From the NCBI GenBank assembly GCA_030295235.1, contig AP026152.1, forward strand, positions 124,001 to 188,000: a DNA stretch of 64,000 bases, read 5' to 3'. Within the stretch, counting starts at the first letter, position 1; every line of letters begins with the position of its first letter. Below are positions 12,083 to 23,975 of the stretch, in pieces. The DNA is from Fistulifera solaris (Eukaryota). Below the pieces are notes generated by a model. The model was given only the letters and a program-made list of their open reading frames with translations, searched no databases and was not told where the DNA came from. The position numbers and the translations under genes were made by a program.

Positions 12083-13981
12083 ATGCAGCAAAGTAAGGAA
12101 GATCTGGCTCTTCGTCGGCGAACGGCACTACTTTGCTCTCCCTTGATGACGACGCTCATGGCAGTGTTGCTGCGGACTCGAGCCAGCGATCATCCGAGTT
12201 TGCGACTCTCTTGTAAGCGCATCCGTGATATTATCGACTCGTTTCAATTTCGGAAAGAGAGAAGTGTGCAAGGTTCCGCGGAAGTGAATGTCGAACTGTT
12301 ATCGCCCGTTTGAGCAGTATAAGAAAACATCATCGTTCAGGGAAGATCCTCCCTCGGAAGACGACGATTACTTCCGTGATCACTACGATGAACTGGGGTT
12401 TATTTATGAATACGAAGACTATTATTTTGAAACATTTTGCTTTCGAGTGTTTGTGGACGGTCGTCCGTTGCACAAGCTCAAGACCGACGACTTCCAGTTG
12501 CAAGTCCGGATCCTGCCGCTTCAGTCTCCCTTCTGGAGCGCGTGTGATTGCTACAGTCAAGAACTCTGCGATCTTGGAACATCCTTGTTTACGAATAGTG
12601 GTGAGCCAAAGGTAGAATCGCTCAAAGGTCTCATTGATCCTGACTTTGGGCCTTATTACTTGCTCTATATTCAAGAGTTTATGTTGCCGTATGAATATCG
12701 ATCTCTCGGAGTCCACCGTCGGGCCAAATCTCATCAAGAGCATGCTGTGGACTTTTGGTGGATGGTACTCAATTGCTCTCTACATCCCTTATAAAGATAC
12801 ACAGTTTACAATGGAAGAGGCTGACGCTAGGAGATATAGAGAAAAGTTCACTTTTCGGCGATGAAGATGAAAGAACCGATGAAGAAATCCAAGCGGAGGA
12901 AGAACAACAGAAACGGCATGAAGTTTTGAGAGAGCAAGATATGCGTCAATTTTTCAAAGCTGGATTTCATCAAGTCAATGACCGGTCTATTATCGAGACC
13001 TCGGAGTACAGCTACGTTTTTACAACCCCTAAAGATGCCGAGAAGCCGATTCTATCCGTGGAAGACGCATTGAACAAGCCTATTGCACGCAAGACACCCA
13101 CAAAGCCGGAAGCGACAGGTCTAGCACGGGAACTTCAGCTTTTCGTCAAAAAGAAAGCTATCGAATGGAATGGCATGGTGGAAGAGCTAAAACGATTACG
13201 GGACCCCTCTTGGGGGTTCTAGTATCGCCAGTGAGTTTGACGCTTTTCTGGCCAATTGCAGCAGCTACGAAATCAGGAAGACATGCTCACCAATGCTATG
13301 CACCAGCGTACACTGATGGGCATGGATAACCGTGAGCCGGAGGAAGAGACGTAGTTCGCTCGGCGCGAGTCGCGATAGAACAGAAAATTGATCAAATGCG
13401 CAATCTATTGCAAACAGGGTTCGCTGAAGCATCACAGCGCAAAGAGGTTGAGTTCGAGGCTTTAAAAGCAAGCACTCGCGGAGAAATAAAGTCAATTGTT
13501 GACAAGTCGGAGAGCTCCTTGCAGCTTTTTCTGGATTCTGATGTGATCCACTTTGCGGCAGCGGGGAATACTATGGATTTGCTGGAGATGCTGCTGGAGT
13601 TATTGCCCGCTTCAGAAAGGTCAAAGGCGTTGAACGGGTTCGATCGCTTAGGACTCCACGCCTCTCATGGTTGTAGCAAGCATAACTCCCAGCGCAGGTA
13701 TATCCACTGGTCGTCGTATTATGGAGACTTTAATCAACATGGGAGCAGACAAGAACATCGTTCATGCTTCTCAGGGTCTCTCCGCATTGGGACAATTCCG
13801 AAGTCACTACAAGGCCGCACAGTTACCTCGTATACTTTTTGGCTTGCAACAGCCGTCTTCCGAGGTCCAAGATGAAGTGTCGCGGATTGAAGCGCTTTTG
13901 AGGCCTGTCAATGGCCCCACTCCTGAGGACGATGCTCAGTTAAACAAAAAGTCCGAGGCAGATTCAGATGGCGATTTTTGA
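12083..13981 (+). CDS. F-box-like / GNAT-like / coiled-coil / ankyrin-repeat protein, copy 2 (frameshifted as assembled)
   Basis: Colinear paralogue of 9922-11832 with many synonymous third-position differences. Motifs: LLSLDDDA-LMAVLLRTRASDHPSLRLSCKRIRDIIDS, LLYIQEFMLPYEYR, DMRQFFKAGFHQV, IHFAAAG...LNGFDRLGL, LINMGAD. Confidence 0.7.
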
Positions 13982-14500
13982 AACGACCGATAGCGAGTAC
14001 ATCGAAATGTCGTCCCCAATGGCTTACTGCTATCCTTGAAAAAGTGCTCTCAACGGCTCAAAAAATAGCCAAATAGCCCGAGAACGGTTCACAACAGCCA
14101 TCCCCAAAATTTGTTTCGTTGAAATGCATTGCTAAAAAAGCATAAAGCCACGCGGTAACTTTTGACATTGCTCTTGACGTCTGAGTATCCCGGAACAAAA
14201 GAACTTATCAGCAGGCAAGTATGCTCTCGCAAAAAAGACCGCCGTGTCCGCTTTAGAATGCATTTTCTCACAACTTAGATTTAGATCGCGAAGCCGGATC
14301 CGTGACTTGAGAACATGTCCCCTACCACTTCAATCTACACAGGAAAATTTCGACGTCCAATCATAATTCATGAAATTGAATACGGGTCTTCACTTTTTTT
14401 ATAAAAAAATATCTAGCCAGGACCGTTCCTTCAAGTCATGTTCGAAATCCTCGAGCTGCTCTTCTGTTGACACAATTTTTCATCAAATTCACACCCCAAC

Positions 14501-15642
14501 ATGAGGTGGATAAAACCGAAGCCCGAGATCGTCTCGCTGGATGTGGGAGGTGTGGAGTATAAAGTATCGATCGATACGCTGAAGCGCTCCAACTGTTACT
14601 GCTTGCTCAATCTAGTTCGAACATATCGGAGTGATGTTGATGGGCCTATCCACATTGACCGCAATGGTCGTTTGTTTGGTTATGTTCTCGATTATCTGCG
14701 GACCGGTAAGCTGCTATTGCCTTCTAATGTTAGTGAAAAAGATGTCGAGGAAGAGCTTGACTACTGTTACTTTGGCAATGGCAATGATGATAGCCCTAAG
14801 AGCCCCATATATTGGTACGGCGAAGAAGCTATCGAGATGTACTCCTCTTATGAAGAAAAACCAAAATATGGATTGGAATATCTCAAAGAGCTTGAAGAGA
14901 GAGTCCTTGTATTGGAACACAGCCTGGCACAATGGAAGGAAAGGGTGCGGTCGGTGGAAGCTACCATGCGTCATGACTTCTCGTCGGAAAAGCCAAAAAC
15001 CACTGTCCGGTTGGATGTCGGGGGTGTCTTGTATAAGGCCTCTTATCATACAGTGATGCACTCGCGAAGTCTCCTTGTTAGCCAGCTTGGTATCAGAACA
15101 CTTGAAAGGAGAAGATTCAGACAAACCAATCTTCATTGACCGCAACGGCCGTTTGTTCGAGTATGTCCTTCATTACTTGGAAACGAGTGATTTGAATGTA
15201 CCTTCTTGGGTTAGCCGCAAAGCCGTTCAAGAAGAGCTCAAGTTCTATGACATTGATAAGGATATGATGATGACCACGGAAAAGTGATGATCACGGGAAC
15301 ATGTGGATTGAAGTATCTCAGAGAGCTCAACAATAATGTTGGTAAACTGGAAAAGAATTTGGACTTGTGGAAGATGAAAGCTCGAGCTGTTGAAGCTGCA
15401 ATCTCACGTCGATCTTGAGTCTTCCCGGGTGGACCTACCGGCGTATCCGAATCACTGATGCCTATCTGCCCTCGGATATGGAAACACTTCGATCTTGTTT
15501 ACAACTGAACGGGTTGGTGGTCACTTTTCCCTGTTATGCGACGCGTTACCGTCGGCCGACGAAGATGGTTGACGAGTCCGATTGGCAATTAAAACCTCAG
15601 CGTTCGTGCCGAATGAGACTGAAACTGTCAAGGATAAATTGA
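14501..15642 (+). CDS. KCTD/T1-type protein with two BTB domains, coiled coils and C-terminal domain (frameshifts near 15070, 15285, 15410)
   Basis: VSLDVGGVEYKVS...IHIDRNGRLFGYVLDYLRTG. Second domain VRLDVGG...LASLVS...IFIDRNGRLFEYVLHYL. GLE/KYLxEL coiled coil occurs after each BTB. C-terminal TLRSCLQLNGLVVT. Confidence 0.8.
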
Positions 15643-15902
15643 TGTTAATCTTATAACTAGCTCATTTGATTACCTGGTAGTTTGTAGTCCATGAACTTGA
15701 TTTTGTCAGTTTTCGTAGATCTTATAGCTCCTTCATAGAACCACTCGGCACTCGCAAAAAATCAGTCACGAAAACAGCCTTAACCCTATACGGGTGCGCC
15801 GACCTATAGCAACTCCGCCTTCAAAAAACTTCGCGACAGCATTTGCAATAAAAAACGAAAAGGAATTATCATTATTGTTCATTTGATAGCTCTTAAGGCA
15901 CG

Positions 15903-16681
15903 ATGAGTACTTCTCATGACGAAATACTGCTAGAGGATCAAGGGGGCAGCCGCGAAAAGAGCAGCCAACGGCAACACAAAAGTAGATTACTCTTCTTCTC
16001 CTTTATCGGCTCGCATGGAATCAAAAGGCAGCGCAAGAAGCGAAATTATTCGACTGAACGTCGGAGGTACACATTATGAAGTATCTCTTGACACGCTGGA
16101 ACGTTGTAAGGGCTCCATGCTAGCGAAATTGGTGTCGGGGCAGTGGAAAGAAGGCAGTTCGGAAGAGCCCATCTTTATTGACCGCAACGGTTTATTGTTT
16201 CAGTATGTGCTCGAAAATTTACGCACCACCAAGTTCCATTTGCCTGATTCGGTGAGTCCAGGCGCTGTTCAAGAAGAACTCGAGTATTTTGGAATAGATG
16301 CCGATATGGGCCTTGAGTCCGGGAGATACAACAACCATTATTTCCTCGAAAAGGCAAAAGATATCATCGACAGCATGCAAGGGCAAGCGGCGTACCGAGC
16401 TGCCGAGGAAAGCTCTCGAGTGACGGAAAAAAATCATAGAAAAGCAAGAACTCGTGTTTTTTGTCATGATTGAATATTACAAGATAAATCCATCCCCTGG
16501 AGCTGAACTTCTGCTCAAAATACCTTTGAAGTATCGCCGAATTTGTGATTCCTCTTGGGTTAAAGAAGATTTGCGAAGACGAGGATTCGAAATCTTGGCG
16601 ATAGGCGAATCGTCTGAAACCATGCGGATCCGAAAGATAACGCAAGCAAACGAAGGTATGAAAAAACGACGAATTTCTTAA
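15903..16681 (+). CDS. KCTD/T1-type BTB protein, IEYY subfamily (frameshifts at the G-run near 15945 and the A-run near 16430)
   Basis: ATG 15903, AKRAANGNTK leader, IIRLNVGGTHYEVS...IFIDRNGLLFQYVLENLR...ELEYFGI. C-terminal MIEYYKINPSPG...KEDLRRRGFEIL. Confidence 0.82.
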
Positions 16682-17758
16682 GAATGTCTGATGTAATTTG
16701 GACGCGGCAATGAACGACTCGCTCTCTCCTGACAAGAAAACTGCTTTATTTTAAGTGAATTGACAATAAATACATCACATTGTTAGGTTTTCATAGTAAG
16801 TAGAGGATCATTTCCTTTGCCCATTTCGGTTGGGTGTCGACGAGAGACAAGTTAGGTAATCGAGGGACTTCACTCGCTACGGCACTCCAAACGATAGATT
16901 GCTAGCAATAACCATGAACGTTTACGAATCCTTTATTGCCGGAAAAACGACTGCTTTCACTGTGAAAATAGTCTTAAGATGTACAAAGACCGGCAATGTT
17001 TCGAAACGAACAGGAAAGTGCAAGTCGCCAAGCAATAGTAACGTCAAATGATTTGTAAAAGTCCTGTCGCTTCTCTACATTCTTCCAAACTTTGTAGCAA
17101 CCATGCAGAAATACTGCAAAGATGCAGTTATGAGTGAAATTCATGATTTTGCCTGAAAATGCTGTCCTTTGCAATAAGCGGCCTCTCTGTCATGACGTAC
17201 AGGAAGAAGGTAAGCTCTTCTTCATCATCGTGTTGCAACAACTAAATGAACGGAGCGCGGTATCCATTTCTATTCTGGAAATACCGAGTTGTTTCACGCC
17301 CGCTCTGCATAGCATACCTTGTTCGTATCCTCTCTTTTCCAAACGTGCTGCCCAGCAAAGGGCTACACTGAAACTCCCAGAGCTCGTGATCTGATCTGAA
17401 CCTCATCGCCGTCTACCTGCATCTCATCCCGAAGGCATTAAAGCTCTTCTTTTGATGATTCATGGTAAGCATCGTCCCAAGTCGCTTTCCATTTCGATAA
17501 CAAAGTTTGGTTGGAAATGATACGGAGTAATTCTTTTTTTGTTCAACGGTCCAAGGCCCAAGATACTTTTTCCAACGCAACCGGCACCCACTCGTACTTT
17601 CAGTACTCATTTTATTATTGAGCGATCCGTGCTCTTCACATGAAATTCACAAAGCTACCAAAGTTCCCAACGGAACTTAAGGAAAGGAAAAAACACGTTG
17701 ACGACGATATCATAATAAACATTCATGTTTATGCACTTGATATCGTTATTCCAACAAA

Positions 17759-18460
17759 ATGCCTGTAATTTCGCAAGAGGATGCTTCTGTTAGCGATTAT
17801 CACCGATCCGGCAAAAGGGATGCGGAGGGTAATGCTAAAAAAGATTATGATGATTCTTCTGCTTCCTCAAATGGCAGGCCCGATCGACAACGAAGGCATA
17901 AGATTGTTCAGCTAAACGTGGGAGGGAAGCATTACGAAGTTTCAAGGGACACCCTTGAACGCTGCAAGGGTTCCATGCTGGCGAGCTTGATTTCCAGCAA
18001 CTGGAGAGAAGGAAACTCGGACGATAGCGAACCGATCTTCATTGACCGCAACGGTCGCCTTTTTGAGTACGTACTCGACTACTTACGAACCAACAAAGTA
18101 CACGTGCCGCTTTCGGTAAGCCGATCGGCCTTACAAGAGGAGCTAGAATACTTCGGTGTCGACGCAGACATGAGTCAAGTGATTGACATGTATAGCGTGC
18201 GTTATCTTCGGGTGATTGAAGAAAAACAACAATTCCACGAAGCGAGATCATTGCATTATCTGAGAGAAGCTAATGCAATAAAGGCATCCGTGCATCTTGA
18301 GAACAAAGCGGTCATCCATAGACTACCACCAAGGATTAGCATACCTGAAGAGTATCGGCCATTCGACTTGGAGACATTAGAAAAATGCTCGGAGCTACGC
18401 GGACTAAGAGTGTCCCTCCCTGCTGGCAACACGAATACTGTCGAAGTAGCTCTTAATTGA
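17759..18460 (+). CDS. KCTD/T1-type BTB protein (intact)
   Basis: 233-aa ORF: KRDAEG leader, VQLNVGGKHYEVSRDTL...IFIDRNGRLFEYVLDYLR...ELEYFGV, C-terminal TLEKCSELRGLRVS. Confidence 0.92.
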   Translation: MPVISQEDASVSDYHRSGKRDAEGNAKKDYDDSSASSNGRPDRQRRHKIVQLNVGGKHYEVSRDTLERCKGSMLASLISSNWREGNSDDSEPIFIDRNGRLFEYVLDYLRTNKVHVPLSVSRSALQEELEYFGVDADMSQVIDMYSVRYLRVIEEKQQFHEARSLHYLREANAIKASVHLENKAVIHRLPPRISIPEEYRPFDLETLEKCSELRGLRVSLPAGNTNTVEVALN

Positions 18461-18882
18461 TTATGTCGAGCTAAATCTGGCATTGGTTAACCTATGCGTC
18501 GACTGCTCGCTGGTATCTTATTTCAGACGTTTTATCTCTTACTTTCGTAAAGTTTTATGTGTATTTATTTCTCTCATCTTAGCGCAAAATAGCAAGTACA
18601 TACGATTAATCTATCGGTGGATTTCTTCGTCTTTTTCAAACAAGATATGAACCTCTTGGATGCGCAATCACTAATCACTTATTATTTGTGCTTTAACTTT
18701 AGCCTCCGGTCATAATCATAACTCGAAGCCCTATTTATTCCCGAACTCTACTTTTTATCCCATACATAGAGACACCTTTCATCTCGCATCGAGAAACACA
18801 CATTAGTCGGATCTCATTCTATTTTCTGTTGCCATTTAAACATCGATCTTGTTGTTGAACACTCTCATCAAATTCATCAGCA

Positions 18883-19587
18883 ATGAAAGTATCTCAATCA
18901 CCCACAACTGAACAAAACAGAGTCGCAAAGAGAAACGCAGATGGTAGCTTAAAGTTCGATGTTGAACCATCGACGACAGTTGGCTCTCCAGCTAAAACGA
19001 ATATCGATATCGTACGTTTGAATGTCGGAGGCATCCGCTATGAAGCATCCCGTGATACTTTGACAAGATACAAGGAATCCATGTTAGCAAAACTCGTATC
19101 CGGTACATGGAAAGAAGGCGACGGCGCAAACGAGATCTTTATTGATCGCGATGGCGAGCGTTTCAAATACATTTTGGACTATCTACGCAACGATCGTGTC
19201 CATTTGCCCGACATTCCTAGCCAGAAAGCTCTCGAAGCTGACTTTGATTACTTTGGTATTGATGCCGACATGAGTAAGATTTCCGTGATGGACGACTTTT
19301 CCGCCATCGAGGAACTCAACTTGCAAATCTTGGAGCATATAAAAGACATTAAGGAGAAAAAGATGAGGGTCGCTGCCATTCGAGAATCGTATCGCTTGGC
19401 TAACAAATTTTCTCGCTTCGCTGAAGGGGGGTCACGCCAGGCTTCTTATCGAGGAAGATATTAACAAGAAGATACTCAGTAGTTGTTTGCTAGCACGCGG
19501 ACTGCACGTTATTCGTTTCGATATGAAAAGGAGTCGGGCACACATGTGCTTTTATGCATTCCCAGCATGAAGAGTACGTGGGTGTAG
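18883..19587 (+). CDS. KCTD/T1-type BTB protein (frameshift in the G-run near 19428)
   Basis: KRNADG leader, VRLNVGGIRYEASRDTL...IFIDRDGERFKYILDYLR, coiled coil. The shifted frame gives EEDINKKILSSCLLARGLHVI. Confidence 0.88.
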
Positions 19588-20117
19588 TCGATTTGACAGA
19601 GAAAGAAGGAAAAAAGCGGCTGCTTTTTGTCGCGAATTCAGATCCGGGACAAAGCGATGAGAATCGAACTTAACGTAGGCATAACTTCACAGCTTTCTGG
19701 ATTGCATGCTGTAACATTTCAACTTGTTAATTGAGATCGCACCGTATCATTCGACTGTCAAAGCTTGCACTACACCTTGTAGCTAGAACGTTTCACAGCC
19801 CTTGTACCTAAAACGTCCAAGTCCAACGGCGTCACTCGGCAAAATCAACCCTTAGCCATAAGCGGCCCGCAACAGCATGAGCAAAAGATACGTTTTTCCT
19901 TCCTTTTTCACGATAAAATCTTACGAGGTCGCAGAATTCGTGTGGCATTCTACGAAGATAGACGTAAAGGCTCATCGTCACACCAGAATTTAACGCCAAA
20001 TGCCGGCCGTCTACTCCCGCTGGTCAACAGCAACACGACACTCTTCGACGCAACAACTCTTTGCATTCGAGCGTCTTGACATTCACACATCTCATCTTTC
20101 ATCATTAGTCAAATAAA

Positions 20118-20858
20118 ATGCCCAATACTCGACGCGAATTACTTCGTGCAAATAATCTGCGCCGATCGAAGCGAAATGCGGACGGTCAACCCAAGCAAGA
20201 TGATGCTTCGTCTCGCGCAAACACCATTTCACCGACAAATGATCAATTGCCGGCCACCGTTCGTTTAAATGTCGGGGGTACGCATTATCAGGTAGCGCGC
20301 GACACGTTGATGCGCTATGAAGGATCGATGCTGGCGACGCTGGTATCGGGCAACTGGCGCGAAGGGGACGGGCGAGAAGAGATCTTTGTGGACCGCGATG
20401 GAAAACTTTTCGGATTAGTCTTGACCTATCTCCGATGCTTTCGAGTCTACGTATCCGATTTCGCCGAACAAGCAGCTCTGAAAGCTGAACTGGATTACTT
20501 TGGAATCGATGTGGATCTGAGCAAAGTTATGGTGAAGGATGACTTTGCGACTATTCACGAACTTAGTAACGAAAACAAGAACTACGAGCGACTCATCGAA
20601 GCAAACAAGAAGAAAATTGCAGCCATTCAAGAGTCGTATCGCATTGCGGGGAGTTTTTCGAGATTGATCGAGAAGCATGATCGGCTTTACGTGCGTCACT
20701 GTCTTACCAACGGTATTGATCGAGAGTTGCTACGTAACTGCTTGCTATCTCGTGGATTGTATGTTGTTGCTTTCAGCCAAAGAGAGTCGGGCCAGGACGC
20801 AGCCGACATTTGTGTGGTAAGCATGAAAGATAAAATCCGCCCGGCTTCAGCAAATTAG
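20118..20858 (+). CDS. KCTD/T1-type BTB protein (intact)
   Basis: 246-aa ORF: KRNADG leader, VRLNVGGTHYQVARDTL...IFVDRDGKLFGLVLTYLR...ELDYFGI, coiled coil, IDRELLRNCLLSRGLYVV. Confidence 0.92.
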   Translation: MPNTRRELLRANNLRRSKRNADGQPKQDDASSRANTISPTNDQLPATVRLNVGGTHYQVARDTLMRYEGSMLATLVSGNWREGDGREEIFVDRDGKLFGLVLTYLRCFRVYVSDFAEQAALKAELDYFGIDVDLSKVMVKDDFATIHELSNENKNYERLIEANKKKIAAIQESYRIAGSFSRLIEKHDRLYVRHCLTNGIDRELLRNCLLSRGLYVVAFSQRESGQDAADICVVSMKDKIRPASAN

Positions 20859-21135
20859 GTCCGGCAGTGTTGGTGCTTGAAAGTACAACTTGCTCGAAAT
20901 ATTCCGTGATCTGTAGCCTCGACACCTAAACTGCATGTAGAACCGTTTATTTCATTTGTACTCCTAGATAGCAATTCCCATCACATTTCACAACAGCAAA
21001 CAAGAAAAGGCGAAAGCTTAAATGTTCGATTTGCTTGAACGCGCGAGTTCTTTGTTCGCGAAATGAAGAAACCATGACGCTGCGGCAATGATCTTTAAAG
21101 AGCGAGGTCAAAAAAGCCGACAACTGTAAAAATAA

Positions 21136-22167
21136 GGCATTGGCCATTGGTGACGCAAAAAAAGAGAAAAAGTAGAAAAAAGAAACCGGTTCTCAATGCA
21201 AAACGTACGCTCGGACAGACGAATTTTTCAGCATCGGCCATTGGTAAAACGCTCAAAAAACAAAAAGGACGAAAAATAAAAAACTAGTGATTCAATCTTA
21301 TGAGTCTTATAAACTTAAGGCACTACAATAAAGGTGAATAACCGCATCAAAAGGCGTCTTCTGATAATAAAAACTCGCCTACAAATTTATTCTTGGTCAA
21401 AATAAAAGGTTTGAGAGAAATAGCATCGAGAAAAGGCTTATTGGATGAGTTTTATGTCGCTGAAGTATCAGAGGGCGACCGAAAACAACAGCACGACCTT
21501 CTGTTAGCCTGGAACGAAAGATAAAACCAAATTGCGTGCGTTCTCTCCCTCTCTTTCGTAAATTTATATTAAATTGAAGTGATAGTGAGAAGAACTGGTC
21601 TTGAGAGATTGATTTTTACAAATAATCAGGCCTTCAACAACTGGTCGACGACAGTGCTTGGGAGGGGTCCTTTTGCCCGCTTCAAACGAGACGAAGATGA
21701 TATCTGACCTTTCAAGTATTGATTTCGATTTCAAATAGTGATAGACGTCAAATCACTAGGAAACCATGTCGATTGGATGAGTTTCAAAGAAATTAAACAT
21801 CAAAAACATTATCCTTTCGGGCTGTTTTACTGCTAGCGAACTTTAACGCCTTGCAGTAAACGATCTACACCCTTTGAGCAAAATAAAAGGTATCATGAGG
21901 TCCGCTATATAATGATTTATGAAATACAATGAAGAAGTGTGCCAATCGGATGAAATTTGATAAAGTTATTGCACAACAAGGGTCATCTTTCTTTTTGTTG
22001 CAACTTGATTTTTTCAACTTGATATTTTTCGTCGCTCCCACTCAACATTTTTGACCGGGAGGTCCCAACTCAAAAAAAAGGACTTTGCTGACGTGGATGA
22101 CCAGAAAAAACTTTTTTAGCTTCCTTTTTCACTGAAAAATTTTTTTCGGTCACCAATGGCCAATGCC
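21136..22167. mobile_element. Non-autonomous DNA transposon (PIF/Harbinger-type, Tourist-like MITE), 1,032 bp
   Basis: Perfect 19-bp terminal inverted repeats GGCATTGGCCATTGGTGAC (21136-21154, reverse complement 22149-22167). Flanking 3-bp TAA duplication (21133-21135, 22168-22170). AT-rich interior with no ORF of 60 aa or more. A degenerate TIR copy lies at 21231-21247. Confidence 0.88.
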
Positions 22168-22170
22168 TAA

Positions 22171-22460
22171 GTGCGTGCGTTTTTTGCGCGAAATTTCAAA
22201 CGACACAAACAAGGTGCAGCGGCACTCAGTCGGTACTATGATAGGCTAAGTACACAACGCCTTCGCTTCAATGTATAGTAGTTAGAGTAGACAGAAGAGG
22301 AAAGCCCGCGTTTCTTAACGTCACCTTGCGCGAGGCTTTCTCGCTTTGAACTTTGAACAGGAAATGCCACGTCGTTTTCGAGAAAGCATCTCCCAAACTG
22401 ACGTGACGGATACGACAAAGCGGACACTTTTGTCAAACGCCACGCGTGCGCCTTGTCCGC
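22171..22460 (+). promoter_or_regulatory. Conserved non-coding module, copy C
   Basis: Aligns end to end with 25577-25862 (TGCGTGCGTTTTTTGCGCGAA...CGGTACTA...GCTAAG.ACACAACGCCT...GAGGAAAGCC.GCGT...GGAAATGCCACGTC...CTGACGTGACGGATA...CGGACAC...CAAACGCCACG...TGTCCG). Confidence 0.65.
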
Positions 22461-22717
22461 GTGTAGTGACAACATTGTTGTCATAATTACGCATGCACAT
22501 GAAACCAAACAATTATCAGAGGCAAACGCACCTCGTGCTCTTCGCTCCAAAGAATGAGTTGCACCGTGGTACTCAATTTACTGTGAGGGAGCATTACAAG
22601 AGGATGATGAACGACATTGTTAGGCCTGCAGCGCTATTTCTCTCCCAACCGTCACGGGCGAGTTTGATTTCGTTCCTTTCATTTCTCGCATAATTTTTCC
22701 CGGTTCATCGCATTCCT

Positions 22718-23518
22718 ATGTTATCTCCGAGCAATAAAACTTCTGCGAAAATGGGTTCCTTTGTTGAAGACTTGTTTTATTCCCTGGTCGCCGCTTTTGC
22801 TTGGTTGCGAGTACCCATAATGAACTTTCTAGTCAAGGCCTCTGGCGCCGACGATATCAAATTCCTGTCAAAGGGCGAAGCACACAACAAATTGGATGGT
22901 TTTTTGTCGTCAGGTGTGTCTTGTATTCAAGCACGGAACGAGACTATTCGATTGAATGTCGGAGGCCTACGCTACGAGGTATCCCGTGATACTTTGACTA
23001 GATACAAGAAATTCCATGTTAGCAAGTCTTATTTCAGGGAAATGGAAAGAAGGCGATGGTGAAAGCGAAATCTTTATAGATCGTGATGGTGGGCGTTTCA
23101 AGTACGTGCTGGACTACCTTCGCTCGGATCGAGTTTCGGTGATCGATCGACTGGACCGCGCTGCGCTTCAAGAGGAGTTCGATTATTTCGGTATCGATGC
23201 CGATACGAGCAAAATCTTCATGATGGATGATTTTCTGTCAATCGACGCACTCGCGAAAGAGATCAAGGCTTATGAAGCGGTTATCGAGGAGAAAAAGAAG
23301 ACAATTGCTGTCATTCAGGAATCGTATCGCTTTGCTGGAAAGTTTGCAACCGCTGTTGATCTCAATGGGACTTGTCTGAAATTTGAATTGGAGAAAGACG
23401 TTGATAAAGAGCTTATTCGTGGTTGTTTGCTGTCGCGTGGGCTGTCCGTCGTTTCTTACGGCATCAAAAGCAAGATGTATTTACTGTGAATCTACGTCCC
23501 GCCGGCGAGAAGGCTTAA
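22718..23518 (+). CDS. KCTD/T1-type BTB protein with hydrophobic N-terminal extension (frameshifts near 23010 and 23470)
   Basis: LFYSLVAAFAWLRVPIMNFLV leader, IRLNVGGLRYEVSRDTL, MLASLISGKWKEG...IFIDRDGGRFKYVLDYLR, LIRGCLLSRGLSVV. Confidence 0.85.
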
Positions 23519-23975
23519 CAATAAGGTCATACCCAAAGTAGGCAAGGTTTGCTTATTTACATTTGCTCGACGTGTCATTCAGCACAAGAGCTTCGTTCCG
23601 GTCAATACGGATTTCGTAAAGCGAAGATCTCAACTCCATCCACTTTTAGGACTAAGAGCGCTAGGTCCAAACAAGAATAAGCAGCTCATCGTTCGCTTTT
23701 CCTCGGTATTGGAAGAAATAAATTGGTGAAGTTTGCTCAAACTCAATCATCCGTAATAGAGTCACGAGTGCTGGCGACTGAACATATTAGTACCGCTCAG
23801 CTGAGTAGACGTTCTGTATAAAAGGCCCGAAAAATCATGCCAACAATAAACAAAATGCAAAACCGTGTCCGTTTGTTCGTTGACGAAGATACGAGTTTGC
23901 GGGAAACGAACACATATGTTCACAACAAGTATTCATTCTCTTTCATTTCTTTTACCTTACAAAAATCGAGTAACC

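Noticed and set aside
17127..17610. Broken minus-strand ORF fragments between BTB genes
   Set aside because: Stops in all frames and no family recognised. Possibly a decayed gene, but unsupported.
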